A DNA stretch of 56,162 nt from assembly GCA_001918745.1 (NCBI GenBank), contig MNGN01000057.1:1-56162 (forward strand), written 5' to 3'. Position 1 is the stretch's first letter. Each line of letters starts with the position of its first letter. Below the pieces are notes generated by a model. That model had not been told where the DNA came from. It saw only the letters and a program-made list of their open reading frames with translations, and did no database searches. Shown here one piece after another: positions 1 through 10,200 of the stretch. The position numbers and the translations under genes were made by a program. Source of the DNA: Crenarchaeota archaeon 13_1_40CM_3_52_17. Its GTDB lineage: Archaea > Thermoproteota > Bathyarchaeia > 40CM-2-53-6.

Positions 1-499
1 TGTTGAGCGATCCAATCGCTGTCGGATTGGCAGCTATGGTGAAGTCAGGCGTCGGTGGTCCTTGGACAACGAATTTCCCAATCATAAAGGGTGGCGAATG
101 ATAAGTGCAGTAGTAGAAGTAAGTGCCGGGAGCAGATGCAACGGTGAAAGGCGCAACTTGCACAGTGGTCTGCGATGGAGGGATGTCTCCGGAGCACACG
201 TCGGGACCCGGATTCGGACAATCATTTGTAATGCTACTGTTGTCAAAGTCTACGAGGAGACGGTGAGTGTAATCTTCCCCAATTAGGATGAACGAGATGG
301 TGTCACCTTGCGTAACTGTTATTGTCGGGTTTGCGCCGGAGGGTTTGGAATAGTTCCATCCGGAAAGGTTCGCGTAGAGGGTAATGTTGGCAGCCGCAGC
401 TTGCACCTTGTGAATAAGCGCCAGATGTCCGCCGAAGGGTATCGACAACAAAATGAACAGTCCAATGAGCAGTGCTAGGAGGAATCTACGTCTGGGCAA
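1..499 (-). CDS. blue-copper (cupredoxin/plastocyanin-like) domain protein, N-terminal part; ORF runs off the window start
   Basis: Absent from the ORF track because it is open at position 1. Manual reverse translation from TTG 499..497 (GGAGG just upstream; alternative TTG 505..503) gives a signal-peptide-like PRRRFLLALLIGLFILLSIP. A beta-rich domain follows, ending GTYFYYCTYHSPPFMIGKFVV, the type-1 copper Cys-x2-His-x4-Met ligand loop. No stop codon down to position 1. Confidence 0.6.
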   Translation of the reverse strand, partial: MPRRRFLLALLIGLFILLSIPFGGHLALIHKVQAAAANITLYANLSGWNYSKPSGANPTITVTQGDTISFILIGEDYTHRLLVDFDNSSITNDCPNPGPDVCSGDIPPSQTTVQVAPFTVASAPGTYFYYCTYHSPPFMIGKFVVQGPPTPDFTIAANPTAIGSLN

Positions 500-524
500 A
501 GACAACCTCCTATTGGGATAGGAT

Positions 525-1013
525 GTGATATTAAAACCGATGGTTCATTCCAAGAATCTGCCTCAGCAATTGAAACCTCCTGAACAAAAATCTTCTCTTA
601 ACACCGCCGGGTCCCGCGAGAAAAAAAATGCCTTGGGTGCATCAGAAAATCCTCGTTTGAGGTTTCTCGTTCAGGAGCACCACGCACGGCGGCTGCATTG
701 GGATTTTCGATTGGAACTCGATGGGGTCCTGAAGAGCTGGGCCGTTCCCAAGGGTCCACCAACAGAACCGGGGGTCAAGCGGTTGGCCGTCGAAGTTGAG
801 GATCATCCCCTGAGCTATTTTGGGTTCGAAGGGACCATTCCGAAAGGCGGGTATGGTGCCGGCGAGGTCAAGGTCTGGGACAAGGGACCCTATGTCCTCG
901 AGCTCAGGGAGCCACGAAAATACCATGTGCTGTTGAAAGGACGGAAGTTGAAGGGTGACTATCGTTTGATCAATTTCAAGGACAAGAATTGGTTGATATA
1001 CAAAGTGGCGTGA
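525..1013 (+). CDS. stand-alone DNA ligase D 3'-phosphoesterase (LigD-PE) domain protein
   Basis: RFLVQEHHARRLHWDFRLE...SWAVPKGPP...VEDHPLSYFGFEGTIPKGGYGAGEVKVWDKGPY matches the LigD phosphoesterase signature. No ligase or polymerase domain is attached. ATG at 540 is an alternative start. Confidence 0.8.
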   Translation: MILKPMVHSKNLPQQLKPPEQKSSLNTAGSREKKNALGASENPRLRFLVQEHHARRLHWDFRLELDGVLKSWAVPKGPPTEPGVKRLAVEVEDHPLSYFGFEGTIPKGGYGAGEVKVWDKGPYVLELREPRKYHVLLKGRKLKGDYRLINFKDKNWLIYKVA

Positions 1014-1023
1014 ACGATCAAGG

Positions 1024-1401
1024 CTAGGTCTGTTTTTCTTTCCGTCGGCATTCCTCGAGCATCTCCACTGCGCTTCGCAGATGCGGTATGGCTATCGATC
1101 CACCAACGATTAGTCCTATGTTGAAAGCTTCGAAAAATTCTGCGTCGGTGACTCTCTGCTCAACACACTGAATAATATGGTAAGTGACACAATCGTCGCA
1201 ACGAAGCACGAGTGAGGCGACAAGTCCCATCAGCTCTTTGGTCTTTCTAGGAAGCGCGCCATCGTTGTAAGCTTGTGTATCTAGGTTGAAGAAGCGTTTG
1301 ATCTGAAGGTTTCCTTTTTCCAGAATTTTCTCGTTCATTTTCTCCCGGTAAGCTTTGAACTCTTTGAGGGAATGGTCGTGGCCTGCCATTTCTAGGCTCA
1401 T
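1024..1401 (-). CDS. carboxymuconolactone decarboxylase / AhpD-like family protein
   Basis: 125 aa with the CxxCxxH motif (CDDCVTYH) typical of the CMD/AhpD fold. Confidence 0.7.
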   Translation of the reverse strand: MSLEMAGHDHSLKEFKAYREKMNEKILEKGNLQIKRFFNLDTQAYNDGALPRKTKELMGLVASLVLRCDDCVTYHIIQCVEQRVTDAEFFEAFNIGLIVGGSIAIPHLRSAVEMLEECRRKEKQT

Positions 1402-1448
1402 CTATGATCAGGTTCTAGTCCTCGTATTAGAATGTGGGTCGAGGAATT

Positions 1449-1829
1449 TCACGGGAGACTGAGAACACTCGGGTTCAGAAGCAACAGATAGTAGGCTACG
1501 GCTAGGATTCCTAGGATAATTATCAGATATCCTATCGCTTCAAGCGCTCTCTTTGCAGGTGCGAGGCCAAGCTCGGTAAGAGTTGACTGGAACCGGAATA
1601 TTCCATGGTATAGCGATCCCGCAACGGTTACGAATAGAAATAGAGTTCCGATGTGGTGATGGCTGAGTATCGCGCTGGTGGGATCTCCACCGGCCATGGG
1701 CCATAGCCCTAGCGGGTAGGCAATTCCCACCAAGTAGATCAATACTGGAAGTAGGAAGGCTGCGATGAAGCCTCCCATGGAGAAGACTCCCCAGAGAATT
1801 GCGTGTAGACGGGCGACTTTTGGCATCAT
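1449..1829 (-). CDS. frdD: fumarate reductase membrane anchor subunit D
   Basis: 126 aa, 3 predicted TM helices. LWGVFSMGGFIAAFLLPVLIYLVGIAYPLGLWP resembles the E. coli FrdD N-terminus as I recall it. Last gene of the frdABCD order. Confidence 0.7.
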   Translation of the reverse strand: MMPKVARLHAILWGVFSMGGFIAAFLLPVLIYLVGIAYPLGLWPMAGGDPTSAILSHHHIGTLFLFVTVAGSLYHGIFRFQSTLTELGLAPAKRALEAIGYLIIILGILAVAYYLLLLNPSVLSLP

Positions 1830-1833
1830 GGGG

Positions 1834-2229
1834 CTACCTGAGAACGAGTATCTGAATTACCGCGTAGGAAATAATCAGCAATAGGACAATGTTGACCAGT
1901 AACGCTTGCCAGGGCTTGCTCGTCGTCTTCCCGAGCTTGATCGGTTGGACTTTGCCGATCAGATAGAACCATGTGAAAGCGTGGTACAAGGTGAACGGCA
2001 AGGCTACGATGTTGAACGCTATGATTCCCGGATTCCTCATCAGAGCAAGAGCGCTGTCTTTCGCTCCCGATGCGAACAGGGATATTTCGTAGATGTAGAT
2101 GAGACTGAAGAGTGCGACGAAGAAGCTGGTCCATTCCCGGATCATGTACCGGGTGAAGTGGCTGTTGGAGAGCCACCATCCGGGCCCAAGCTTTCGCCTG
2201 TATTCGGGAAACGGTTTCTCTTTGGACAA
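1834..2229 (-). CDS. frdC: fumarate reductase membrane anchor subunit C
   Basis: 131 aa, 3 TM helices. GWWLSNSHFTRYMIREWTSFF resembles the E. coli FrdC WW..F.RYMLREGT region. Its start lies 3 nt after the frdB stop. Confidence 0.7.
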   Translation of the reverse strand: MSKEKPFPEYRRKLGPGWWLSNSHFTRYMIREWTSFFVALFSLIYIYEISLFASGAKDSALALMRNPGIIAFNIVALPFTLYHAFTWFYLIGKVQPIKLGKTTSKPWQALLVNIVLLLIISYAVIQILVLR

Positions 2230-2231
2230 TG

Positions 2232-2978
2232 TTATTTTCCGCCCCGCGGCATCACCAGCGATTTCAGAGCATTGGTAGCGCCGAGGATTTTTGTCTTCTG
2301 AATCGCGAGCATAGGATCAACACCCTTGGGGCAGACGACGCTGCATTCTCCGACCAAGGTGCATTCCCAGACGCCTTCTAGCTCATGGACGATCGGAAAC
2401 CGGACATCCTTCCCCTCGTCTCTGGAATCCTCAATGTATCGGTAGGCAAGGGCGATGGCGGCCGGACCTAGGAACTTCTCGTTGAGCCCGTAAACCGGGC
2501 AGGCGGAATAACAGAGCATGCAGTTGATGCAGGAAGAGAACTGAGCGTAGCGTTCCAGTTCCTCAGCGCTCTGACGGTACTCGCCTTCTTCCGGGGGAGA
2601 TTCTTTCTCCTTGATTATCCAGGGCTTGATCTCCACAAGTTTGTGCATGAAGTCGTCCATGTTGACGACTAAGTCTTTGATTACCGAGAAGTGTGTGAGG
2701 GGTTCGACCTTTATCGTCCGTCCTTTGAACTCGTGGAGAAAGCTGGCGCAGGTGAGCTTCGGGACCCCGTCCACATTCGCGCCGCAGCTGCCGCAGACCC
2801 CCATTCTGCAGGACCAGCGGTATGTCAGCGTCCCGTCTAGGTTGGCTTTGATGTAGTTGAGCGCGTCAAGTACAACCATGTCCTTCCGGTAGGGGACCTT
2901 GTAGTCCTGGAAGAAGGGTTTCCCGTCTTTCTCAGGACGATAACGCGTTACCCTTATCGTCGCGATGTCTTGGCTCAT
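2232..2978 (-). CDS. frdB: succinate dehydrogenase/fumarate reductase iron-sulfur subunit
   Basis: Three Fe-S cluster motifs: CRMGVCGSCG, CINCMLCYSACP, CTLVGECSVVCPKG. I place the start at ATG 2978..2976 ([10 protein letters not shown]), overlapping the frdA stop as TAATG. The track ORF extends to 3005. Confidence 0.9.
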   Translation of the reverse strand: MSQDIATIRVTRYRPEKDGKPFFQDYKVPYRKDMVVLDALNYIKANLDGTLTYRWSCRMGVCGSCGANVDGVPKLTCASFLHEFKGRTIKVEPLTHFSVIKDLVVNMDDFMHKLVEIKPWIIKEKESPPEEGEYRQSAEELERYAQFSSCINCMLCYSACPVYGLNEKFLGPAAIALAYRYIEDSRDEGKDVRFPIVHELEGVWECTLVGECSVVCPKGVDPMLAIQKTKILGATNALKSLVMPRGGK

Positions 2979-4690
2979 TAGTAGACGCGAGCCTCCGGTT
3001 TCCAACGGGTAATGCTTACTGGCATCGTATCTATCCTCGGAACGGTTTCGGTCTCATAGACAACAAGGTGCTTGAGGAATTGAGCATCGTCACGTTTGGG
3101 ATAATCCGTTCGAGCGTGCGCTCCCCTGGATTCCTTCCGTGCTAGCGCAGCATAGGCGATGGTCTCGGCGACATCAAGCATGAAATCCAGCTCAAGCGCG
3201 GAAACCAGGTCGGTATTATAGACGCGGTCCTTGTCTTCAACGACTGCGTTCTTCATCCTCTGTTTCAAATCTCCGATGAGTCCGCAGGCCTGTTTGAGAC
3301 TGTTCTCGTCACGGTAAATGCCGACATGCTCTTCCATAGTCTTCTGCATTTCTGCTCGGATGGTCGAGATTTTCTCGCCTCTCTCAGATTTCAGAACTCT
3401 GTCGTAGATTCGCTTCTCTTCTTCTAGGGCGAGTCCTTGAACAGGGTTTCCGAAGTTCGGCGATCCCTGCCTGGCCGCGTACTGAGCTGCTCCGATGCCG
3501 GCCTCAGCACCGAACACAAGGCACTCCGTTAACGAGTTGCTACCTAAACGGTTTGCACCATTCATGCTGACGCAGGCCATCTCTCCCGCGGCATAGAGTC
3601 CGGGGAGACCTGTATAGCCGTGAATGTCGGTATGGACGCCGCCCATCATGTAGTGCTGACCTGGCCTTACGGGTATCATCTCATGGACAGGATCTATTCC
3701 CAGGTACCTCTCCGCCAGTTCTTTAACGAAGGGAAGCTTTGCCTCGATCGTTCCCGCCCCGAGATGTGTGAGGTCCAAGTGGACGTAGCTGCCGTATGGG
3801 CCTTCGAATGCCCGGCCTTCTTTGATCTCGGTCATTTCGGCTCGCGACAAGATGTCTCTCGGCCCAAGCTCCATTTTGTTGGGAACGTACTTTTTCAGGA
3901 ACCGTTCGCCATCCTTGTTCAGCAAATGACCGCCCTCTCCCCTGGCGGCCTCGGTGATCAGTATACCGGTGTTGGGCAGTAATGTGGGATGGTATTGGAC
4001 CATTTCCATATCTTTGAGCGGGACGCCTGCCCTGTACGCCATGGCCATTCCATCACCTGTCTTGATCCATCCGTTGGTTGTGAACTGGTAGATTCTGCCG
4101 CATCCACCGGTTGCGATCACAACAGCTTTCGCGAGAAACGAGGCGAGTTCGCCTGAACGTATGTCGATCGCAGTTACACCGTCGACTCGGCCATTGTCCA
4201 CGAGTATCGACGTGGTGAACCATTCGTCGTACCTGTGAATGTTCTCAAACTTTAGGCTGGTCTGGAAGAGCGTGTGCAGGAGGTGGAATCCGATCTTGTC
4301 CGTAGCGAACAATGTTCGTTTTACACTCATTCCTCCAAACGCGCGCACGCTGATGCGGCCGTCCGGGTCACGGCTGAAAGGACAGCCCCAATGCTCAAGA
4401 CGGATTGACTCCTTAGGCGCCTCCTTCACGAAGAACTCTACCGCGTCCTGATCTGCAAGAAAATCGCTTCCCTTGATCGTGTCATACGCGTGCAGGTCGA
4501 AGTTGTCATAGTCCGTCCTTAGGACAGCGGCCATGCCCCCCTCAGCGGAAACTGTGTGGCTGCGCATTGGATAGACTTTGGACACGATTGCGACGTCTAG
4601 CTTGGGATCGAGCTCAGCTGCAGCAATGGCAGCCCGGAGTCCAGCCGCGCCACCCCCAATGATCAAGACATCGTGATTAAGATGGTCCAC
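2978..4690 (-). CDS. frdA: succinate dehydrogenase/fumarate reductase flavoprotein subunit
   Basis: 570 aa. FAD dinucleotide fold [14 protein letters not shown], covalent-FAD histidine context [11 protein letters not shown]-terminal [10 protein letters not shown]. Confidence 0.9.
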   Translation of the reverse strand: MDHLNHDVLIIGGGAAGLRAAIAAAELDPKLDVAIVSKVYPMRSHTVSAEGGMAAVLRTDYDNFDLHAYDTIKGSDFLADQDAVEFFVKEAPKESIRLEHWGCPFSRDPDGRISVRAFGGMSVKRTLFATDKIGFHLLHTLFQTSLKFENIHRYDEWFTTSILVDNGRVDGVTAIDIRSGELASFLAKAVVIATGGCGRIYQFTTNGWIKTGDGMAMAYRAGVPLKDMEMVQYHPTLLPNTGILITEAARGEGGHLLNKDGERFLKKYVPNKMELGPRDILSRAEMTEIKEGRAFEGPYGSYVHLDLTHLGAGTIEAKLPFVKELAERYLGIDPVHEMIPVRPGQHYMMGGVHTDIHGYTGLPGLYAAGEMACVSMNGANRLGSNSLTECLVFGAEAGIGAAQYAARQGSPNFGNPVQGLALEEEKRIYDRVLKSERGEKISTIRAEMQKTMEEHVGIYRDENSLKQACGLIGDLKQRMKNAVVEDKDRVYNTDLVSALELDFMLDVAETIAYAALARKESRGAHARTDYPKRDDAQFLKHLVVYETETVPRIDTMPVSITRWKPEARVY

Positions 4691-4801
4691 TGCGGTTCAG
4701 CTTCCTGCCCTCGACGAGTGGCTGTTAACGAATCCGCCCGTATTTTAAATAGAGTCAGGAATAGAGCGAGAACCACGGACGAATGCGTATGATCTCGCTG
4801 A

Positions 4802-6589
4802 TCAGAACTCTGCCTTCACGACTCTGAGGGCTTGACCCTCCGTGTCGTCAAGACTCATCTGGACGGAAAACAAGCCTCTCAGCGCGCCTAAGAATCGCTC
4901 TTCTGTCGTCTCCTTATTGACGAGAAATATCGCTGTGACTGTCGACGGGCTCAACAGCTCGATTAGCTGTTTGATACCTGAGTAGACTTGCTCCCACCTT
5001 TCCCCTCGGATCAGCTCAGTGATACTGTCGAAGACAAAGCTCAAAGCAACAGACCTGTTGTTCTCAAACAGATCCGTCATCAGCGAGGTCACCAAGCCCA
5101 ACTCCTTATCCGGGATCTGGATCTCTCCATCTGGTGATTCGTCCGGGGCAGATACCATAGAAGAGGCGGCAACCATCCTCACCATTCTCTTTCCCTTCAA
5201 TGCTCTGTAGAGCTTGCTCGACTTGGACGTGAAGAGGGTGCACATCTCTGCGTTGGCGATTCCCTCGTCGAAGAACTTTCTCACCAAGTCCTCGAAGTTC
5301 GAGTTCGATGAGTACTCAAGAAGAATCTTTGAGCCCTCAATCTTCGCATGGTCCAGGTTGACAAGGGCTGAAAACGGGTCAGACGCCTCTGAGAGGTTGA
5401 CGAGCTCAACGTCACCGTTCTTCTGAAGGAAATCAGCAACTTGGGGCCGAGGTGCCTGGCTGGACTCCAGCAGAAGCACTTCTGCTTCGGGCTCATTCCT
5501 TGACTCCGTCTTGATCGATATCATCGCGCCTTGAAGATCCTGCCGTTCCAGCTCTTTCACAAACACGGTTGCTGTCTGGCTCAAACCAAACTTGTCGGAG
5601 AGACCTTCTTTCCCTGACCTTCTGTCATCAGAACTTGTCGAGGATGTGACAAACTTTCCGTTCTCTGTCCACTCTTTGAATCTAGAATCGTTGCGCGATA
5701 ATCCCTCGACGAGCCAGGTGGCAGGAGATCTGAGAACTACCTTGGCGCCGGCCTCTATCGTGCTTCGAAAGGCAGAAGATAAGAATGATATCGATCGCGT
5801 ACTGGTATCGTGTAGAACTAGGTATCGTTTTCCGAATTTTATCAGACTCTGGGGAAAGAGGCTGCTTTTCAAGAACCTAGTAGTTCCAGGAAGGGTCCGG
5901 ATCGAAACGGCCAACAGGCAATAGAGCGCGGAACTGATGATGAGGCCTAGCTCGTAAGAGAAAGGGATCACGGGCGATAGGAGGAAGAATACTACGAGTC
6001 CCACCGTGGGGAAGCAAAGCCAGCTGGACAACATTAGGAGAAGAGAGTTTCTCGTATACGAGGTCTGGGCGCGGTTCAGAGATGAGAGGAGCAGTAGGGA
6101 AGGATACAAGACGATGGGAGCGGCAACTGCAACAGTGAGCGCAATGTACCATATGGGAAACGCAGGCAGCACGTATGCCTCGTTCCCGTACATCGTCAGG
6201 GACGAGGTGACTGGTTCAAAAGTGAGCGTGACTGCGAGCCAAATGCCAAGAATTAGGAGATACAAGGGAAACAGTATAGTTTTCTTGAAAATGATCTTTA
6301 GAGATTCTCCCAATGTTCTAGCTTCAGGACAGAACTGAACAACTGCTGCCGCATGGCCAAAGTTCATCGCGATTAGGGAAAAACCGACAAGCATTACGTA
6401 GGTTGCTATGATGCTTTGAGATAGAATTCTATCGATATCGGCCGCAAGAATTAGGAAGAAGTAGATGTTTAGCCGAATCAGGTTGTGTCGCGCAATCCCA
6501 ACAAACGATTGTTTCTGTCGCAGAAGCAGCCATATGGAAAGGGCTGGAGCAACCATCGCAACTAGGTCTAGATAGACTGGGATAGACAT
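4802..6589 (-). CDS. polytopic membrane protein with two degenerate RecA/KaiC-like cytoplasmic domains (function unknown)
   Basis: About 235 N-terminal residues form 7-8 hydrophobic helices, followed by two soluble modules. The second keeps a Walker-B-like hhhhDS strand (ALSFVFDSITELI). The P-loop position reads EGSKILLEYSSNSN, with no GxxGxGK[ST]. It may be related to archaeal DUF835-type proteins (from memory, unverified). Confidence 0.5.
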   Translation of the reverse strand: MSIPVYLDLVAMVAPALSIWLLLRQKQSFVGIARHNLIRLNIYFFLILAADIDRILSQSIIATYVMLVGFSLIAMNFGHAAAVVQFCPEARTLGESLKIIFKKTILFPLYLLILGIWLAVTLTFEPVTSSLTMYGNEAYVLPAFPIWYIALTVAVAAPIVLYPSLLLLSSLNRAQTSYTRNSLLLMLSSWLCFPTVGLVVFFLLSPVIPFSYELGLIISSALYCLLAVSIRTLPGTTRFLKSSLFPQSLIKFGKRYLVLHDTSTRSISFLSSAFRSTIEAGAKVVLRSPATWLVEGLSRNDSRFKEWTENGKFVTSSTSSDDRRSGKEGLSDKFGLSQTATVFVKELERQDLQGAMISIKTESRNEPEAEVLLLESSQAPRPQVADFLQKNGDVELVNLSEASDPFSALVNLDHAKIEGSKILLEYSSNSNFEDLVRKFFDEGIANAEMCTLFTSKSSKLYRALKGKRMVRMVAASSMVSAPDESPDGEIQIPDKELGLVTSLMTDLFENNRSVALSFVFDSITELIRGERWEQVYSGIKQLIELLSPSTVTAIFLVNKETTEERFLGALRGLFSVQMSLDDTEGQALRVVKAEF

Positions 6590-6650
6590 GGTTACCCTTT
6601 CTTAGTCCCCTAGGTGTTCGTGAGAGTGTGTGTGGGGAACAGCGGAGGTT

Positions 6651-7148
6651 TCAAGATAACGTAACTGGGCGGCGTGCCCTATTGTTACTCGACTTGTCAC
6701 GCGCAGCGGCTCCTCTCTTGAGACTCGAAATCGCTGTTTCGACCCTTCCAGTCAGCAAAGCGTATCCTTCCGCGTTCAATCTCTTCCGACGCCGATTACC
6801 AGCCCAGATAGGGCGTCCCCACATCGGGTCAGACGTGTACCTGGGAACCAGGTGCCAGTGAAGATGCGGCATCGCATTCCCCAACAGCTCATAATTCATC
6901 TTGTCAGGCTTGAAAGCCCTCGACAGCGCGCTTGCCATGAGTGACATGTCCTCTAGAAACTGTTTGCGATCCTTGTTAGCCAGTCTGTAGAGTTCCTCTT
7001 CGTGCCACTTTAGTGTCAGAAACGTGTAGCCTTCAAACGCCTGATCTGGATTCAGCTTAGCAACTGACACTCGAGACTCGTAGAATACGAGATTCTTGGG
7101 CTCGTAGATACCTTGACACATCCAGCAGTCGGCCTGCAGACGCGACAA
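6651..7148 (-). CDS. HIT (histidine triad) family nucleotide hydrolase/transferase
   Basis: Histidine triad HLHWHLVPRY plus an N-terminal CWMC zinc-type motif. TTG start at 7148 (ATG at 7121 is an alternative). Confidence 0.8.
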   Translation of the reverse strand: MSRLQADCWMCQGIYEPKNLVFYESRVSVAKLNPDQAFEGYTFLTLKWHEEELYRLANKDRKQFLEDMSLMASALSRAFKPDKMNYELLGNAMPHLHWHLVPRYTSDPMWGRPIWAGNRRRKRLNAEGYALLTGRVETAISSLKRGAAARDKSSNNRARRPVTLS

Positions 7149-7275
7149 GAGAGACGAGACTTAGTCGGAATCCGATTGTTTTTAAGATGATGATGAGGAT
7201 GGACGCGTCGAGGCCAGAGACCTTCGATTCCACGAGGACAACTGGTTTGGGTGTCAAATACTGACTCCTGGAACT

Positions 7276-10200
7276 GTGGGAAAGCTCGCCAGAGAATATG
7301 ACCCCCACAAGACCGAGCGGGAGACACTCACTTGGTGGAGTACTAACCGGATTTACCAGAAGACAAAGAAGAAGCTCCTCAAACGTCCCAAGTTCTACTT
7401 CCTAGACGGTCCGCCGTACGTAACCAATGCTCCTCATGTTGGACTCGCTTGGAACAAGACGCTGAAGGACATCGTGATCCGATACTACAGGATGAAAGGT
7501 TTCAACGTCCACGACCAGCCTGGCTATGACTGCCACGGTCTTCCAGTTGAGGTGCTAATCGAAAAGTCGTTGAAGCTAACCTCGAAAAAGGACATTGAGA
7601 ATGTTATCGGAGTGGACCGGTTTATCGCCGACTGCAAGAAATTCGCAGAAGAAAACGTCCAGGCCCAGACCAGGGTTCTGAAAGACCTCGGGATCTGGAT
7701 GGACTGGGATAATCCCTATCTGACTTACAAAGACAGTTACATCGAATCTGTCTGGTGGACGATCAAGCGCGCGCAGGAGAAACGTCTTCTCTACAAAGCG
7801 TTGAAGGTAGTCCACTGGTGTCCCCGCTGCGAGACAGCACTCGCAGGCTACGAGGTCACTGATGAGTACAGAACCGTTCAGGACTTTTCGATATACGTAA
7901 AACTCCCTCTGGTCGAGAGACCGGGAGAGTTCATACTCATCTGGACCACGACCCCTTGGACGCTACCAGCAAACCTTGGCGTAATGGTACACCCAGACAA
8001 GCAATACGTCCTGGTGGAGGTTAATGGAGACAAGCTCATCTTTGCGAAAGAGCGGCTTGAACACGTCCTCGACGGACGACCCTACAAGATCCTAGAGGAG
8101 CATCAAGGACGCGAACTGGAAGGCATCCAGTACGTCCCACCTCTCCAAGAGGAGACCCATGCCCTTACGAGGGTGGACAGACATCGAGTCCTGCTCAGCT
8201 CTGAACACGTTTCAATGTCTGAAGGCACAGGGGCCGTCCATACCGCCCCAGGGCATGGGGAAGAAGACTTCGAGGTCGGCACGAAATACGGACTGCCAGC
8301 CTTCTCGCCAGTTGACCCGTCAGGTCGTTTCACCAATGAAGCGGGAAAATACGAGGGGCTGTCGGTTAGGGACGCAAACAGAATAATCATAGAAGACCTC
8401 CAGGGCAAGAACCTTCTATGGAAAGAGGAAACAATCGAACACTCGTACCCTCACTGCTGGAGATGCAAAACAGCCCTCATCCTCCGAGCGACAGACCAAT
8501 GGTTTGTCAAAGTAACCTCCATCAAGAAGAAAATGCTGAGCGAGAACAAGAAGGTCCGATGGGTGCCAGAATGGGCCGGGTCCAAGAGATTCCACGACTG
8601 GCTGGAGGGCGCCAGGGATTGGGTAATATCTCGCCAACGCTACTGGGGCGTGCCAATACCAATATGGACCTGCGAGAAATGCGGGGAACACACCGTCGTC
8701 GGTTCCAAGGCAGAACTCGTCAGACTCGCTCATCACCCACCGAAAAAGTTTGAACTGCACAAGAACGGTGTCGACAAAATAGAGATCAGGTGCAAATGCG
8801 GGGGCATCGCAAAGAGAGAATCTGACGTTCTGGACGTCTGGATGGACTCCGGCGCAGTGTCTTGGGCCAGCCTTGGCTATCCAAAGATTTCTCGCGAGCT
8901 AAAACGCTGGTGGCCAGCGCACCTTATCCTCGAAGCACATGATCAGACAAGGGGCTGGTTCTACTACCAGCTCGTTCCTAGCGTCCTAGCCTTCAACCGA
9001 AGCCCATACCGAACAGTGCTGATGCACGGCCATACACTAGATGAGGTAGGAGAAAAGATGAGCAAGTCGAAGGGAAACTTCGTCAGCCCAGATGACGTTG
9101 TAGGAAAGTATAGCCGCGATGCTCTTCGATTCTACACCGTTCAGTCAACCCTCTGGGAGGATTTCCAGTTTTCATGGAACGCTGTTGAAGTGGCAGCAAA
9201 AGACCTCCAGATTGCGTGGAACGTCGTCTCGTTCGCCACACTCTACATGAACCTCGACAAGTTCATACCGGATTCATGGTCGGTTAAGAGAGTTTGGAAA
9301 AACCTGAGGCCCGAAGACAGATGGCTTGTCTCCCGGAGCGAGAGCTTACTGAAGGAAGTGACCAGCCATATGGAAGACCTAGAATTGCATCTTGCTCTGC
9401 GCAGACTGAGGGCTTTTGTAATAGAAGATTTGAGCCACTGGTACATCCGCCTGGTAAGAAGAAGGTTCTGGCAAGAGAAACAAAACAAAGACAAACTTGC
9501 CTCATACGCAGCCCTCCACTACGCTCTGAAAACCTGGCTAATCCTCTCATCTCCATTCATCCCACTCTTGACTGAGACAGTTTACCAGCAGGCCTTTCGA
9601 AAGAGTGTAAAATCCGACCTTGAGAGCATTCACATGTCGTCTTGGCCAAACTCTCGACCAGGATGGATTAACAAGAGGCTTGAGGAAAACATGGAGATAG
9701 TACGACAGGTCTCAGCAGCATCATCGTCAGCAAGGCAATCGAAGAAAGTAAAATTACGCCAACCAGTAGCCAGGGTCGTTATCGTTACCAACAGCGACAA
9801 AGTAAAGCGAGCGGTCAGGAACCTCCGACTACTATTCCTACAACAGACAAATTCGAAAGACATCCGACTCGTAGGCCTCGCGGAAGAAGAGAAGCTGAAG
9901 AAGCTGATAGTTGAACCGAACTTCAAAGGCCTCGGACCCGTTTTCAAAGGAGACGCTAACAGGGTAGCGGAAGCACTACGATCCGTAAACGGACGCCAGC
10001 TCTTTCATACCCTTCAAGCTGACAAATCTTACTCGTTGAAAATGGATAATCGAGACTACAAGATTACTGGCCAGATGGTAGCATTCAAGGAAGAAATGCC
10101 AGAGAATTTTGCCATGGGAAGTTTCGACGATGGCCGCGTCTACATCGATCTAACCATTCCCAAGGAATTGGTAAGAGAGGGCTTCGTCAGAGAAATTGTC

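Noticed and set aside
1826-2301. Alternative-frame ORFs (1826..2179 minus, 1906..2301 plus) over frdC
   Set aside because: They overlap a gene with a clear membrane-anchor profile and operon context. Their translations are compositionally odd.
7185-7265. Possible C/D-box sRNA in the HIT/ileS intergenic region (GATGATGATGA ... CTGA)
   Set aside because: No D' or C' boxes occur at the required spacing of about 12 nt, and the C-to-D distance of about 70 nt is too long. The A/T-rich part is more likely the divergent promoters.
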